From contig NW_019218064.1 of NCBI RefSeq assembly GCF_002571385.2, positions 240,414 to 304,413 of the forward strand: a stretch of 64,000 bases of DNA. Direction: 5' to 3'. Below are positions 35,551 through 47,040 of this stretch, in pieces. Source of the stretch: Stylophora pistillata. Lineage: Eukaryota. How positions within the stretch are numbered: position 1 is the stretch's first letter; each line of letters starts with the position of its first letter. A program made the translations under genes and the position numbers. The notes beneath the pieces are model-generated. The model was not told the DNA's origin. It did no database searches and worked only from the letters and a program-made list of their open reading frames with translations.

Positions 35551-36287
35551 TAGATTTGCTTGGAACGTATAAAACATGTAACCTTGAATCGCCAGTTAAC
35601 TCGATATGTGGCTCGTTCGACAGCTCGGCTTCTGTCAACTTTGTAAGGGCTGGAGCAGCAGTTTCAATTCAAATCTGACTGAGTTAGTAACTGGAGGAAA
35701 CTGTAGTTCAAAGCATAAGTTCAAAGCCGGATATTTGATAAAGACAGATCAAAATAGCCTGAGTGTGTTAAAGAATGAAATTCCTTTCTAAAGTTTGGGG
35801 AAGAAATTTGGGTGTCTTTTATCGATAACGATAAAGCTTTTCGCATTTTGAATATCCATTATTACCGATCATGATTATCATTATCATTCTTGATGATCTA
35901 GTCGTAAATAACCGAGCCGCAAAAGCATAACAATCGACGGCATTAATAGAGCATGTGTCAGATTCTACGGGATTCTAAGAAAACCAGCAGCAGCAGACAA
36001 GAAGAGTGTTCCATATTACCGCTAAATAAGAGTCAAGCCATTGGCCTGACGATCGTGTAAGGCTTAAAAAGAGAAGAAATCATTCGTAAGCGATCGCAAT
36101 TTATGAGCACATTTAGGAAAACGGTAATGATATATCTTCTTCTGATAGTTAGGCTTGTGATATGGCCATAGGCCTAACCCTCCTGGAAAGAACAGGAAAT
36201 AGTCGCTAGCGGGCGTTCTCAGGTTTTGACATCTGCTGAGTTGATAGTTGATGAAAGGGAAAAAAAATCTGCGGAGCCTATGAAGGC

Positions 36288-36903
36288 GAATGGATGAGTT
36301 GCCAGTAATCGGGTCCCTGCGTTTGCGCAAAGATTTCTGGGATCGTCATGGGGAAAACATTGCATCCCGCTAGAAAGAAATGTAAGGCGAAAGGCAGTTA
36401 CGATGATAAAAACAACGATTTTTGAGAGAGATCAACGCTTTTTCGCCGCAGTTTTATCATAGATAGATTAAGATGATTTTAATACAAGGTAGGTGTAAGT
36501 TTTGGTAGGAATTACCCTGAAATACGTTATAAAATATACCGATAAACTTCTCTCTTTGCGTAAAGGTCTATTGTGAAATCGTCACTGCGTAATGGTCTCG
36601 ACGTATTACAAAATTAGGCATAAATCGCTGGGAAACAACTCATTTAAGTGACATGTGGCACAATAGAGCCATTAAAACCAACGATCGCCTGTGTTGGAAT
36701 GCATACAAACTTTTAAGACAGGAAGCTAAGTTAAAAGAGAACTTCGACTTGCTGAAAAAGTTCATGTTCAATCTCAAAATATCGATAGGAAAGGGAACAC
36801 TAATGGGATTTGGAAAATCATCAATCGTTGTCTGCCCAAGAAACCTAAGACCTTACCAAAAATCAACGGCAATCTGATCAATCTGGCAGATAAATATAAC
36901 GAA
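36288..36903 (+). repeat. About 615-bp duplicate of 37919-38533, flanking the assembly gap
   Basis: Near-identical sequence; the copy stops exactly at the gap edge (…GATAAATATAACGAA|N). Confidence 0.92.
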
Positions 36904-37669
36904 NNNNNNNNNNNNNNNNNNNNNNNNNNNNNNNNNNNNNNNNNNNNNNNNNNNNNNNNNNNNNNNNNNNNNNNNNNNNNNNNNNNNNNNNNNNNNNNNN
37001 NNNNNNNNNNNNNNNNNNNNNNNNNNNNNNNNNNNNNNNNNNNNNNNNNNNNNNNNNNNNNNNNNNNNNNNNNNNNNNNNNNNNNNNNNNNNNNNNNNNN
37101 NNNNNNNNNNNNNNNNNNNNNNNNNNNNNNNNNNNNNNNNNNNNNNNNNNNNNNNNNNNNNNNNNNNNNNNNNNNNNNNNNNNNNNNNNNNNNNNNNNNN
37201 NNNNNNNNNNNNNNNNNNNNNNNNNNNNNNNNNNNNNNNNNNNNNNNNNNNNNNNNNNNNNNNNNNNNNNNNNNNNNNNNNNNNNNNNNNNNNNNNNNNN
37301 NNNNNNNNNNNNNNNNNNNNNNNNNNNNNNNNNNNNNNNNNNNNNNNNNNNNNNNNNNNNNNNNNNNNNNNNNNNNNNNNNNNNNNNNNNNNNNNNNNNN
37401 NNNNNNNNNNNNNNNNNNNNNNNNNNNNNNNNNNNNNNNNNNNNNNNNNNNNNNNNNNNNNNNNNNNNNNNNNNNNNNNNNNNNNNNNNNNNNNNNNNNN
37501 NNNNNNNNNNNNNNNNNNNNNNNNNNNNNNNNNNNNNNNNNNNNNNNNNNNNNNNNNNNNNNNNNNNNNNNNNNNNNNNNNNNNNNNNNNNNNNNNNNNN
37601 NNNNNNNNNNNNNNNNNNNNNNNNNNNNNNNNNNNNNNNNNNNNNNNNNNNNNNNNNNNNNNNNNNNNN
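36904..37669. other. Assembly gap (N run)
   Basis: Seen directly. Confidence 0.99.
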
Positions 37670-38239
37670 ATCTTAGAGTGTACAGTATTATAGCTTAGAA
37701 ATGAAAGAAAAGATAGTCCTCTGAAAGTATTTTCAGTTTTATTCGTGAAATTTCAGGACCACAGAGTACATGGTAAAGATCGTTCTTTGACAAAACTAAT
37801 ACTTCGTTGTTATCAATTGAGTTGTCTAATAGATGAGTTAACCTAATGTTTGGTGAGTATCTCAATATACAAATAAGCAAGTCAATCAATGTCGTGGATG
37901 AAAAACGAGGGAAGGCATAATGAATGAGTTGCCAGTAACCAGATACCTGCGTTTGCGTTAAGATTTCTGGGATCGCCACGGGGCAAACATTGCAGCCCGC
38001 TAGAAAGAAATGTATGGCGAAAGGCAGTTTCGATGTTCCAAAAAACGATTTTTGAGAGAGATCAACGCTTTTTCGCCGCAGTTTTATCATAGATAGATTA
38101 AGATGATTTTAATACAAGGTAGGTGTAAGTTTTGGTAGGAATTACCCTGAAATACGTTATAAAATATACCGATAAACTTCTCTCTTTGCGTAAAGGTCTA
38201 TTGTGAAATCGTCACTGCGTAATGGTCTCGACGTATTAC

Positions 38240-38825
38240 AAAATTAGGCATAAATCGCTGGGAAACAACTCATTTAAGTGACACGTGACACAATAGAGCT
38301 ATTAAAACCAACGATCACCTGTGTTGGAATGCATACCAATTTTTTCGATAGGAAGCTAAGTTAAAAGACAACTTCGACTTGCTGAAAAAGTTCATGTTCA
38401 ATCTCAAAATATTGATAGGAAAGGGAACACTAATGCGATTTGGAAAATCATCAATCGTTGTCTGCCCAAGAAACCTAAGACCTTACCAAAAATCAACGGC
38501 AATCTGATCAATCTGGCAGATAAATATAACGAACATTTTACCAGTGTAGGAAGCCTAACGACGCAGAAACCCTTTGATCTTGCTGTGGAATAGATTTTCA
38601 CTCTGCCGCAACAACACCACCACTAGCAACATGGAAACATGATGAATTCCCTTATGATTTTAGTTTCATGCTGTCTCAGAACAAGAGGTTGGGAAGGTTA
38701 TCAAGGGCTTATCATCGAATAAAGCACCCGACCATGATAAAATCACTGCCCGTGTCCTTGAGGACAGTTTGCGGCCATATTATCAGTTATTACAAGCATT
38801 ATGAATAATTCATTTAGTACCTCGT
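38240..38825 (+). mobile_element. Decayed non-LTR retrotransposon ORF2 fragment (CR1/L2-group), region preceding the RT core
   Basis: Frameshifted pieces NAIWKIINRCLPKK, LADKYNEHFTSVGS, AVSEQEVGKVIKGLSSNKAPDHDKITARVLEDSL and ILSVITSIMNNSFST match the 'EV..I..L...KAPG.D.I...L' motif. Confidence 0.85.
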
Positions 38826-39029
38826 TCTCATATTCACTTTAGGGCTACGCGTTCACGCAATCTTTTACACAACCCTCGTCGTCTGTGATATGGACAAGGT
38901 TCATTCACATATCGTGGAAGCAAAATTTGGAACTGTATTTCTAACGACTTACAAGCGCGGACAGTGTAAATAGCTTCAGGCGTCGTTGAGCGCGGAAGCT
39001 ATTAAGCGGAGAACATTTAGAAATACTTT

Positions 39030-39240
39030 TAGGTATTTTGTAAATGATTCTAGCGATAAAATGTACTATTTCCCAGTTATTTCTTCTTCTCCTTTTCAAC
39101 TTATATGTACCTTAAATATTATAGCTGGACACTGTAACCGAAAAGCCCAAGTTGGGAGTTACAATAAACGTATGTATGCATGTATGTATGTATGTATGTA
39201 TGTATGTATGTATGTATGTATGTATGTATGTATGTGTGTA
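39030..39240 (+). mobile_element. LINE 3' end with AATAAA and (TATG)n tail
   Basis: GAAAAGCCCAAGTTGGGAGTTACAATAAAC followed by (GTAT)n at 39170-39240, the typical microsatellite-tailed end of CR1/L2-group elements. Confidence 0.7.
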
Positions 39241-39243
39241 TAT

Positions 39244-40145
39244 AACTTACGACGTCTGGAAATATACCTCCTCAAGGGAGAGAAGTCGTTGTTAGCGTGA
39301 TGGAAGTGTTTTTTTAATCGAGCCTGTTGCTCTTTGAAACGATGGAATAAGCGATGAAAAACATGAGGATACCCTTGGGTCAAGCGATAGTTTGTTTGAG
39401 AAAAATCCAAACGTTTTTGAGCTGCCACTTTTCTCCTCGAGCTCCTTAGAGGATCTGTCGATAAAGGCAAGATCACGGGAACTCCTGTAGAAACTGCAGA
39501 CATATCCAATTGTGCATCGCTCCTTAAGCGACTCATTTGCACCTACTCTACTTAGAAATATTTAATATGAATCGCCAAGAAAAAAACTCATTAAAGCCTT
39601 CTCAGTTTTATGTAAATGTTCTAGGTGTACCTCTACCTATTTTGTTGGCTTTGTAATACAAAAGAACGCTGATGCGCAGCTGCCTCAGAACAGCACGAGA
39701 TTGAAATGAAATAGTTTGAGCATTAAATATTATCGTGATACTGATTAAAGTGATTTAACACCTACATTGCTTACTTCTTGTGATCTATGAAAACGACCCA
39801 GCGTTGATACTCAAAACTGAACCTTTTCTTCTGCGATGATGAGTAGGTACAGGCTGGTCGCTTAAGGAGTGATGCACAACTGAGGATGTCTACAGTTTCT
39901 GCCGGAGTTCCCGTGATCTTGCCTTTCCCGAGAGATCTTCCAAGGAGCTCGAGGAGAAAAGTGGCAGCTTAAAAACGTTTGGATTTTGCTCAAACCAACT
40001 ATCGCTTTACCCGAGGGCTTCCTCATGTTTTTCATCGCTTATTCCATCGTTTCAAAGAGCAACAGCTCGGTTAAAAAAAACACTTCCATCACAATGACAA
40101 CGACTTCTCTCCCTTGAGAAGGAATATTTTCAGACGTCATAAGTT
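39244..40145. repeat. About 305-bp inverted repeat (39244-39549 / 39841-40145) with about 290-bp spacer
   Basis: For example TGTTGCTCTTTGAAACGATGGAATAAGCGATGAAAAACATGAGGA versus TCCTCATGTTTTTCATCGCTTATTCCATCGTTTCAAAGAGCAACA. Confidence 0.95.
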
Positions 40146-40203
40146 GTTTATTCAATACGTCGACCAGTATGAAGACAGGCTCTACTTACATAAATATAAC
40201 TGT

Positions 40204-40380
40204 TAAAACTGCGGCGAAAAAGCGTTGATCTCTCTCAAAAATGTTTTTTTTTTTTTTTTTGAACATCGTAACTGCCTTTCGCCATACATTTCTTTCTAGC
40301 GGGCTGTAATGTTTGCCCCGTGGCGATCCCAGAAATCTTTGCGCGAACGCAGGGATCCGCCTGCTGGCAACTCATTCATT
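40204..40380 (-). repeat. Inverted copy of 37919-38088 (outer arm)
   Basis: AAAACTGCGGCGAAAAAGCGTTGATCTCTCTCAAAAAT...CTGGCAACTCATTCATT is the reverse complement of 37919-38088 and of 36288-36457. Confidence 0.92.
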
Positions 40381-43300
40381 GTCTCTTACGAGTCCAGGGT
40401 ACCAGTGCTGACGAAAAGCTCATTTACATTCTACTAACGAAAGACAAACATCTAACAATTAAATAATAGATGTTTCAGGGTTATGTAGCTGTTGGTAAAC
40501 GGCATATTCAGTCGTACGGCTGCTGTTTTACCGCAGTTTCATGAGTATTGTATGTCTTCTAGAAACATCTTTTGCATCATTAATTGCGTGTTATCCCTTC
40601 AAAACTAAATTGATCATTCGCGAAGCCAAAAATTCTCTGAAAACAAATTGTTTAGTAATTTGTAGTTAAGAGTGTAAGTCGTTCAGTTATGCGCGCAGCG
40701 TAAACAAGGACATACACAGCCACCAAATGACAACTCGAAGAGAGAAGCAATTTAGAGACCTACCTATCGTTCACTTTGAACGAGTTTTGCGTAGGATTTT
40801 CAGGTCACCTTTTTAAACCCTACAGATGTCTTCTCAGTTAGTAATACTTCTTCCCTCCAATTTGCGAAAGCAAAAATCCATTAATCTATCGGTCGAATTT
40901 GACACAACTCATCGGCAATGTCAGCTCTGTACAAAATATTCGTTCAAATTCCCATCAGCATGTTTGATCCACGTTTTGAAGCCTAATATCGAGATCTGAT
41001 CTGACAATTAACATCTGAGGTCATTCCATACGCTTTTAAGGTAAGCGAATTGATTTCAGACAAACGCATATTCTTGTTTCGTGCAGACACACCATAAAAA
41101 AAAAAGGAAAAAAAAAAGGTTAAAAACGTAGTGTTATTCCTTTAGCGTTTGGCAATAACGGTAAACCTCTTAACTACTCATGCAGCTGCATATTGCAGTC
41201 AAATCTAATTGAGTCGTAGTGACATATAACGTCATTATTCGATACTTATTGTGGTAAAATTGCAAATGCGGGCTATTTGCTTGGATCAAAGAGTTCCTTC
41301 CGGTTAGCCGCAGTATACCCCCTGATCCAGGCAAGCTCAGCTAACGCTGATGAGCATAATTTAAAGCGAAGTTTTCCATTCTAACGAATAAATCCTAAAT
41401 TTACGCCTGATGAACAGTTCTGTTACTCTCAATCTTGATTGGAATCAAGACTATCTAAAAGGAACTTATTCCATTTTAAGTGTTATCAATCAGTTTGGAT
41501 GCAAAGCCCATTAGTATGAAAGCGTTGAACAGACACAGCGGTAGAAGATTACTTAGTAGCGGGTTGATTCCACTTGAATCAAGTACAGCTTGATCCTCTA
41601 TCGCAAAGGGTTTCCCTATCTCTATCGATTCTGCTCAGAGTGATTCAAATCCAGCTCCATCGTCCATCAACTTGAATGGCACATCTGTGCCGGTTGATCT
41701 TCTCCACCAAGTGAGTAAGCTAGCTAAGTGTATGTGTGCATCACTGATTTAGCTGAAATTACCGAACCCAACCCCCAACAACCAACTTTCACGATTAAAT
41801 AAAATACCATCTATCCCATCAATCATTTGACTCAATTTGTACCGGCTTACTATACATTAGAAATTGTTGGACCAGTCACCCATTTAGTGGAATATTTGGT
41901 TGCGATATGTGCTTAGACCATTTTCTTTCTGTCGACTGGATAACTTTTTTTTAGATTTTGTGTAAGATAAGTTAGAACAGTTGCTAGTACTATCGCTGAT
42001 TTGATAAAGATGGCACAACAGTGCTGACAGCAGGAGCACAGGAACTTTTCTGGATCTTTGAAACAGTAAGCCATGACTTTGGACAATAAGGGCACACGGT
42101 TATTTTGAATGATCGAGTCAGTCTCCTTCAGTAAAAACGGTCTAAATAAGTTAACGGGAAAGAAGGCAGAACCGTTGGTCATTTGTTCAAAATACCCCTT
42201 CGATCAATCTGTTTAGTTGCAGCGAATGCGTCGGGTAGCTTAGTTAATTTACCTACGAGGAGAGGAAGTTTTGAGTCAGCTGTGGAATTTGGCCTTATCT
42301 GCTTTGAGTATGGCTTGGTTCAAATGGAATGTTTCCATCTGTTGCAGTTTCCATTTGCTCCAAAGATGATTTTCACGGTATTTTTGTATTTTTGTATTTA
42401 GATATGAATGTAAGGAGCGTTTCGATGCTGGATGCGTAAGGCCATCCATGGAATTTTTCCATCACTTGCCCAAGTGTGGCTAGGTTTTGTGTGGCTAAGT
42501 TTGAAGACGATTTTGAGCTTTTTTTTTTGTACTCAGTGGTGAACAAAGTGGGAGCCTTAGAGTCCAAATAGGGACTCGAGGAAGAGGATACCGCGCCATG
42601 GAATAAACTCTGTACAAAAAAAATAATTTCTGGTGCGAAAGCACAGTCTGCATTTACCCCTGTTGTACCTCCCATGTTCGTCGCTAACTTAGGAAAGGAA
42701 ATTAGGGAGGACATTTCAAGGGAATTATGTTAATTAAAACTGATAAATTGCGGTATACAACTCTGATAAAGGGCTGTAGAAAGCCTTACGATCCATCGGC
42801 AAGGTAGTCAAAAGAAGAAAGATAAATGTGCAGCAAATAATGCGACCACTTGCCAAAGCTGTTAATCAATGATGCCATGTCCCCGTTGATGATACCTATC
42901 AATGCCAGTATGCAAAAGAAATGGAGTGGAATGCTTTAATTCGTGCCAAAGTTTTTCTTTAAAAAAAGCTCATGCCGTCGATGCAGTTAACTTAACATCA
43001 AAATTCTTGATTTCTTTGCCTTTAGAAGTCTGGTTTAACAAGAGGTTAAGTAAATGTACAACCTTTGGCGGTAAGCTGCAATTAAAACAGCTATAGAAGT
43101 GAAGCCAGATTCGAACAGGTGCCTCCAAGAAACTAGTTGAGCGCCTGCATCAACTGAGCCCGGATGCTACATTTTGGGAGCGAGAGTAATGAAAATTACG
43201 TTTAAGACTGGCAAGATAGCCACACTTGGATTTATAGTAAAAGGCCTAGGACTGATGTCCGTATAACTTGAACGATCAGGGGATCTTGATTAAAATTTTG

Positions 43301-44468
43301 TTTTAATGTTTGCTTTAGGATTTGATTTATTATTTGGTTTTGTTTTTATCGTTGGCTCTATGTTTTGTTTGTTCGGTAGTCGTCTTGGTTTTAGCTTTGT
43401 TTAGTCAACACCCATCAGTCGTTAATCAAAAGTGGTTACAAAAGCTGTTTCTCATTAAAGTATTTTAGCCAGTTCTGGACTGTTTTTTTCTGAAACCCCA
43501 CCCAAGCACTAGCTACTTTGAGCTGAAATTAAAAGCTCCGAAAGGAAATGTTATCTCCGTCAAAATTTATTCGCATAGCTGAAAAGGCAGAGTTAATAGA
43601 GATACAGAATTGCTTGACAAACCTCTAATATCTTAATTGACTTTTGTGAGGTAACCGCCGGAAAAGGAACCTACTTCTTACTGCCCTCGGGGCTTTCTTT
43701 GATTACAGGAAAATAAGAACTTGAACTGCAAATAGTTGATAAGGTTTTAAAAAACCNAGATGATTACCCACTAATGTGGCTTTCTTGGTAGTCTGCCCAA
43801 TTCTCGAGTGTTTCAATGCATTGGGTTGAGTATGCAACAACACAGGAACTTTCTGGCATGGATTCAGTTTTTAGCAGTTTGTGCTTCAAAGAAAATATTT
43901 TTATTGGCGCTGAACAAGAGATTTTTTTTCTTTCATTTTCAACAGGTTTGTTTGGATACATCATTTTTGCCGTTTGGTGTTGTAGTGGAAGTCAAGTTCA
44001 AACTTACTCCAATCACTAACCTTCAATTCTTTTCTGCTTTTTTGCTATTGTTTTTGTTTTTGTTTTATCTAATTTTCAAATTTATCGTCAACTGAAACTT
44101 TAACCAAAAGATAGGTGACCTTCCTCTAAAAAAGATAAACTGCTGAGGTTGTGACCCACTATCAGAAAAAGATATTGATTTGTGTATAATGAGTAGTTTG
44201 CAAGCATGTCCATTAACTATTGAGGAGCCTTTGTTACCTAATTACTCACGTCTAATGAATGAACATGTACGCGACGAGATTATCAATTTGTATTTACCAG
44301 TACTTTGACGTGATCTAGATGTTCTTGGCGGAACTGTAACGGCTATCCCAAACCGTTAAGCCGTCAATTACCGAGATTCGCGTGAAACTTAAGATCAGCA
44401 AGTCGCTCTCCATGAGCCGATTATTATCTCTCGAGCAAGGTAAACTCCAGTGAGTATTTTTCAAATAA

Positions 44469-45380
44469 ATGGAAAATCAAGCACTTTCACGGATCTTTCG
44501 AGGAAGCGAAACAATTCCTGGGCTCAACAACAACTCGCCAAGCACATTATCGACGGCTATGTCGTTGGGGGCACAGATAATCGCTCGGTTCCAAATCCCT
44601 AAGTATGTCTTCTAAGTCATCATCTTGACTTTAAGTATTGCTGGCAATACAGCTGTCGTACACATTATCAGGACTCAGAGGCAAGTTAAGAAAACGTCCT
44701 ATATCCTATTAATACTAAACTTGGCCACTTGCGACACCATTGATCCCACCATCAGCATTCCGATCGACTGGGTCTTTGAAGAGTCCGGCTACATGTGGGC
44801 CCTTGGGCCAATCTGTTGCAGGATACTTTGGCCCTTTCAGACAATGTTCTCCACTTCATCTGCCTTAACACTCACCATGATTTGCTACGACAGATATCGA
44901 GCGATTGTGCAACCGTTCAAGGCCCGAAGGATCACGAAAACTCACACCAAGCACTGCATCTTCGCATTTCATTTAACATCATGTATGTTGGTGATACCTT
45001 ATGTCAGTGTGCTGAGGTGGAAGGAGATGACTGCCAAGAAAACTGCCCTGTTTCAAGCCACAGAAGAACATACACTATAGTTCTCTTTCTTGTACAATAT
45101 GGAATACCGCTGGTTCTTATGATAACCCTGCATTCTCTTGCGCTCAGGACTCTCCGCGGAAAATCCAACTACACGAAACCGCAAAGGAATGGAAGTCAAC
45201 GGATAGAGAGAGTCACAGTCAGACCTATCTGCCATGAATCTTCACAGGAAAAAAAAGGAGCAAAACATTCGAGTCACCAAGATGTTTGTTGTGGTTGTTA
45301 TGGTGTTTTGCGTTGAGTATGTTCCCCAACCAAGTTCTGTGGTTATGGGTGGATTTCGGAAATGGAGAAGAGAGTGAGTA
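44469..45380 (+). pseudogene. GPCR-6 pseudogene (TM1-TM6), truncated by a Penelope-like insertion
   Basis: ATG 44469; in-frame TAA at 44613 in TM1 (FQIPKYVF*VIIL); frameshifts near 45015, 45250 (A run) and 45306. Motifs NLATCD, CYDRY, QYGIPL, EQNIRVTKMF and SMFPNQVLWLWVDFG remain. Confidence 0.93.
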
Positions 45381-45382
45381 CA

Positions 45383-45614
45383 ATCTATCGACCCACTACC
45401 GCTACCGACAGACGACATTTATGGACTTGCTAAACATTTGCCTAACGTCTACTTACTTTCAGTACAACGGTAAACACTACAAACAGTTACACGGCACTGC
45501 CGTGGAGTCTCCAGTTTCTGTTGTCATAGCAGAAATTGTGATGCAGAACATCGAGGAACGCGCCCTTTCGACTTGCCGACAAACGATACCGCTTTGGTTA
45601 CGTTACGTTGACGA
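45383..45614 (+). mobile_element. Penelope-like retroelement reverse transcriptase fragment, 5'-truncated, running into the gap
   Basis: MDLLNICLTSTYFQYNGKHYKQLHGTAVESPVSVVIAEIVMQNIEERAL...LWLRYVD matches the PLE RT motifs Q..G.AMGSP.S and RYVDD, with MG mutated to VE. Confidence 0.9.
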
Positions 45615-46482
45615 NNNNNNNNNNNNNNNNNNNNNNNNNNNNNNNNNNNNNNNNNNNNNNNNNNNNNNNNNNNNNNNNNNNNNNNNNNNNNNNNNNNNNN
45701 NNNNNNNNNNNNNNNNNNNNNNNNNNNNNNNNNNNNNNNNNNNNNNNNNNNNNNNNNNNNNNNNNNNNNNNNNNNNNNNNNNNNNNNNNNNNNNNNNNNN
45801 NNNNNNNNNNNNNNNNNNNNNNNNNNNNNNNNNNNNNNNNNNNNNNNNNNNNNNNNNNNNNNNNNNNNNNNNNNNNNNNNNNNNNNNNNNNNNNNNNNNN
45901 NNNNNNNNNNNNNNNNNNNNNNNNNNNNNNNNNNNNNNNNNNNNNNNNNNNNNNNNNNNNNNNNNNNNNNNNNNNNNNNNNNNNNNNNNNNNNNNNNNNN
46001 NNNNNNNNNNNNNNNNNNNNNNNNNNNNNNNNNNNNNNNNNNNNNNNNNNNNNNNNNNNNNNNNNNNNNNNNNNNNNNNNNNNNNNNNNNNNNNNNNNNN
46101 NNNNNNNNNNNNNNNNNNNNNNNNNNNNNNNNNNNNNNNNNNNNNNNNNNNNNNNNNNNNNNNNNNNNNNNNNNNNNNNNNNNNNNNNNNNNNNNNNNNN
46201 NNNNNNNNNNNNNNNNNNNNNNNNNNNNNNNNNNNNNNNNNNNNNNNNNNNNNNNNNNNNNNNNNNNNNNNNNNNNNNNNNNNNNNNNNNNNNNNNNNNN
46301 NNNNNNNNNNNNNNNNNNNNNNNNNNNNNNNNNNNNNNNNNNNNNNNNNNNNNNNNNNNNNNNNNNNNNNNNNNNNNNNNNNNNNNNNNNNNNNNNNNNN
46401 NNNNNNNNNNNNNNNNNNNNNNNNNNNNNNNNNNNNNNNNNNNNNNNNNNNNNNNNNNNNNNNNNNNNNNNNNNNNNNNNNN
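45615..46482. other. Assembly gap (N run)
   Basis: Seen directly. Confidence 0.99.
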
Positions 46483-46860
46483 AACCGCCTCCCGGTTAGC
46501 TCAATGGATAGAGCGCTGGACTGTTGTGCGGGAGGTCGAGGGTTCGAGCCCCGGCCGGACCAACACTCAGGGTCTTAAAATAATTGAGAAGAATTTGCTA
46601 CCTTTCTATAACATCAAGAAATGGTTAGATATTCTAGTCTTCTCGGATAGGGACGAATAAATGGAGGTCCCGTCTCCTGCAGGGTTGGGGTAGGAGACGT
46701 TAATTTCCCACACACGAGATTACTGTGTGATGGATGTCCTCCCCTGGGGTGGGATGGGTGGGAGGGTGGACTAGCACGAATGGTTCCTATGTTCCTTTCT
46801 AGTCCTTCCCCACTGCAAAACTTAATGCAGTGAAAATGGACTAAACTAAATTAAATTAAA
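46483..46860 (+). mobile_element. tRNA-derived SINE (same family as 1160-1514) with a different 3' tail ending in (C/TTAAA)n
   Basis: A box TAGCTCAATGG, B box GGTTCGAGCCC; body shared with the intronic copy up to GGGGTGGGATGGG. Confidence 0.85.
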
Positions 46861-47040
46861 TTCTTGAGAATAAAGGAAATGATGAAGCGAATTCTAGAAG
46901 CTCTTCGTTGTTTGACAAATTCTCCTTGTAAGAACCATGGCAAATTAATTGACAACAGTATGGATAAGTTGTATCATCTGATGTTATGTTATGAGGCCGG
47001 TGAGGCTGTTTTTTATTTTTCAGTTTTGGCCTTGGGTTAA
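46861..47040 (-). mobile_element. Degenerate MITE, family of 21308-21500
   Basis: GAGAATAAAGGAAATGAT...AGAAGCTCTT.GTTGTTTGACAAATTCTCCTTGT.AG; terminal GGGTTAA. Confidence 0.6.

Noticed and set aside
39159-39542. 127-aa ORF in the inverted-repeat arm, with (YIHT)n
   Set aside because: The second arm has stops in the same frame, and the repeat peptide is just the TATG microsatellite.
41347-41372. CTGATGAGC...GCGAAG as a second hammerhead
   Set aside because: GAAA is mutated, stem II is only 2 bp, and there is no convincing stem I or III.
45286-46660. Long ORFs of 430 and 350 aa in the ORF track
   Set aside because: They are artefacts of translating through the N gap, joining GPCR, PLE and SINE pieces.
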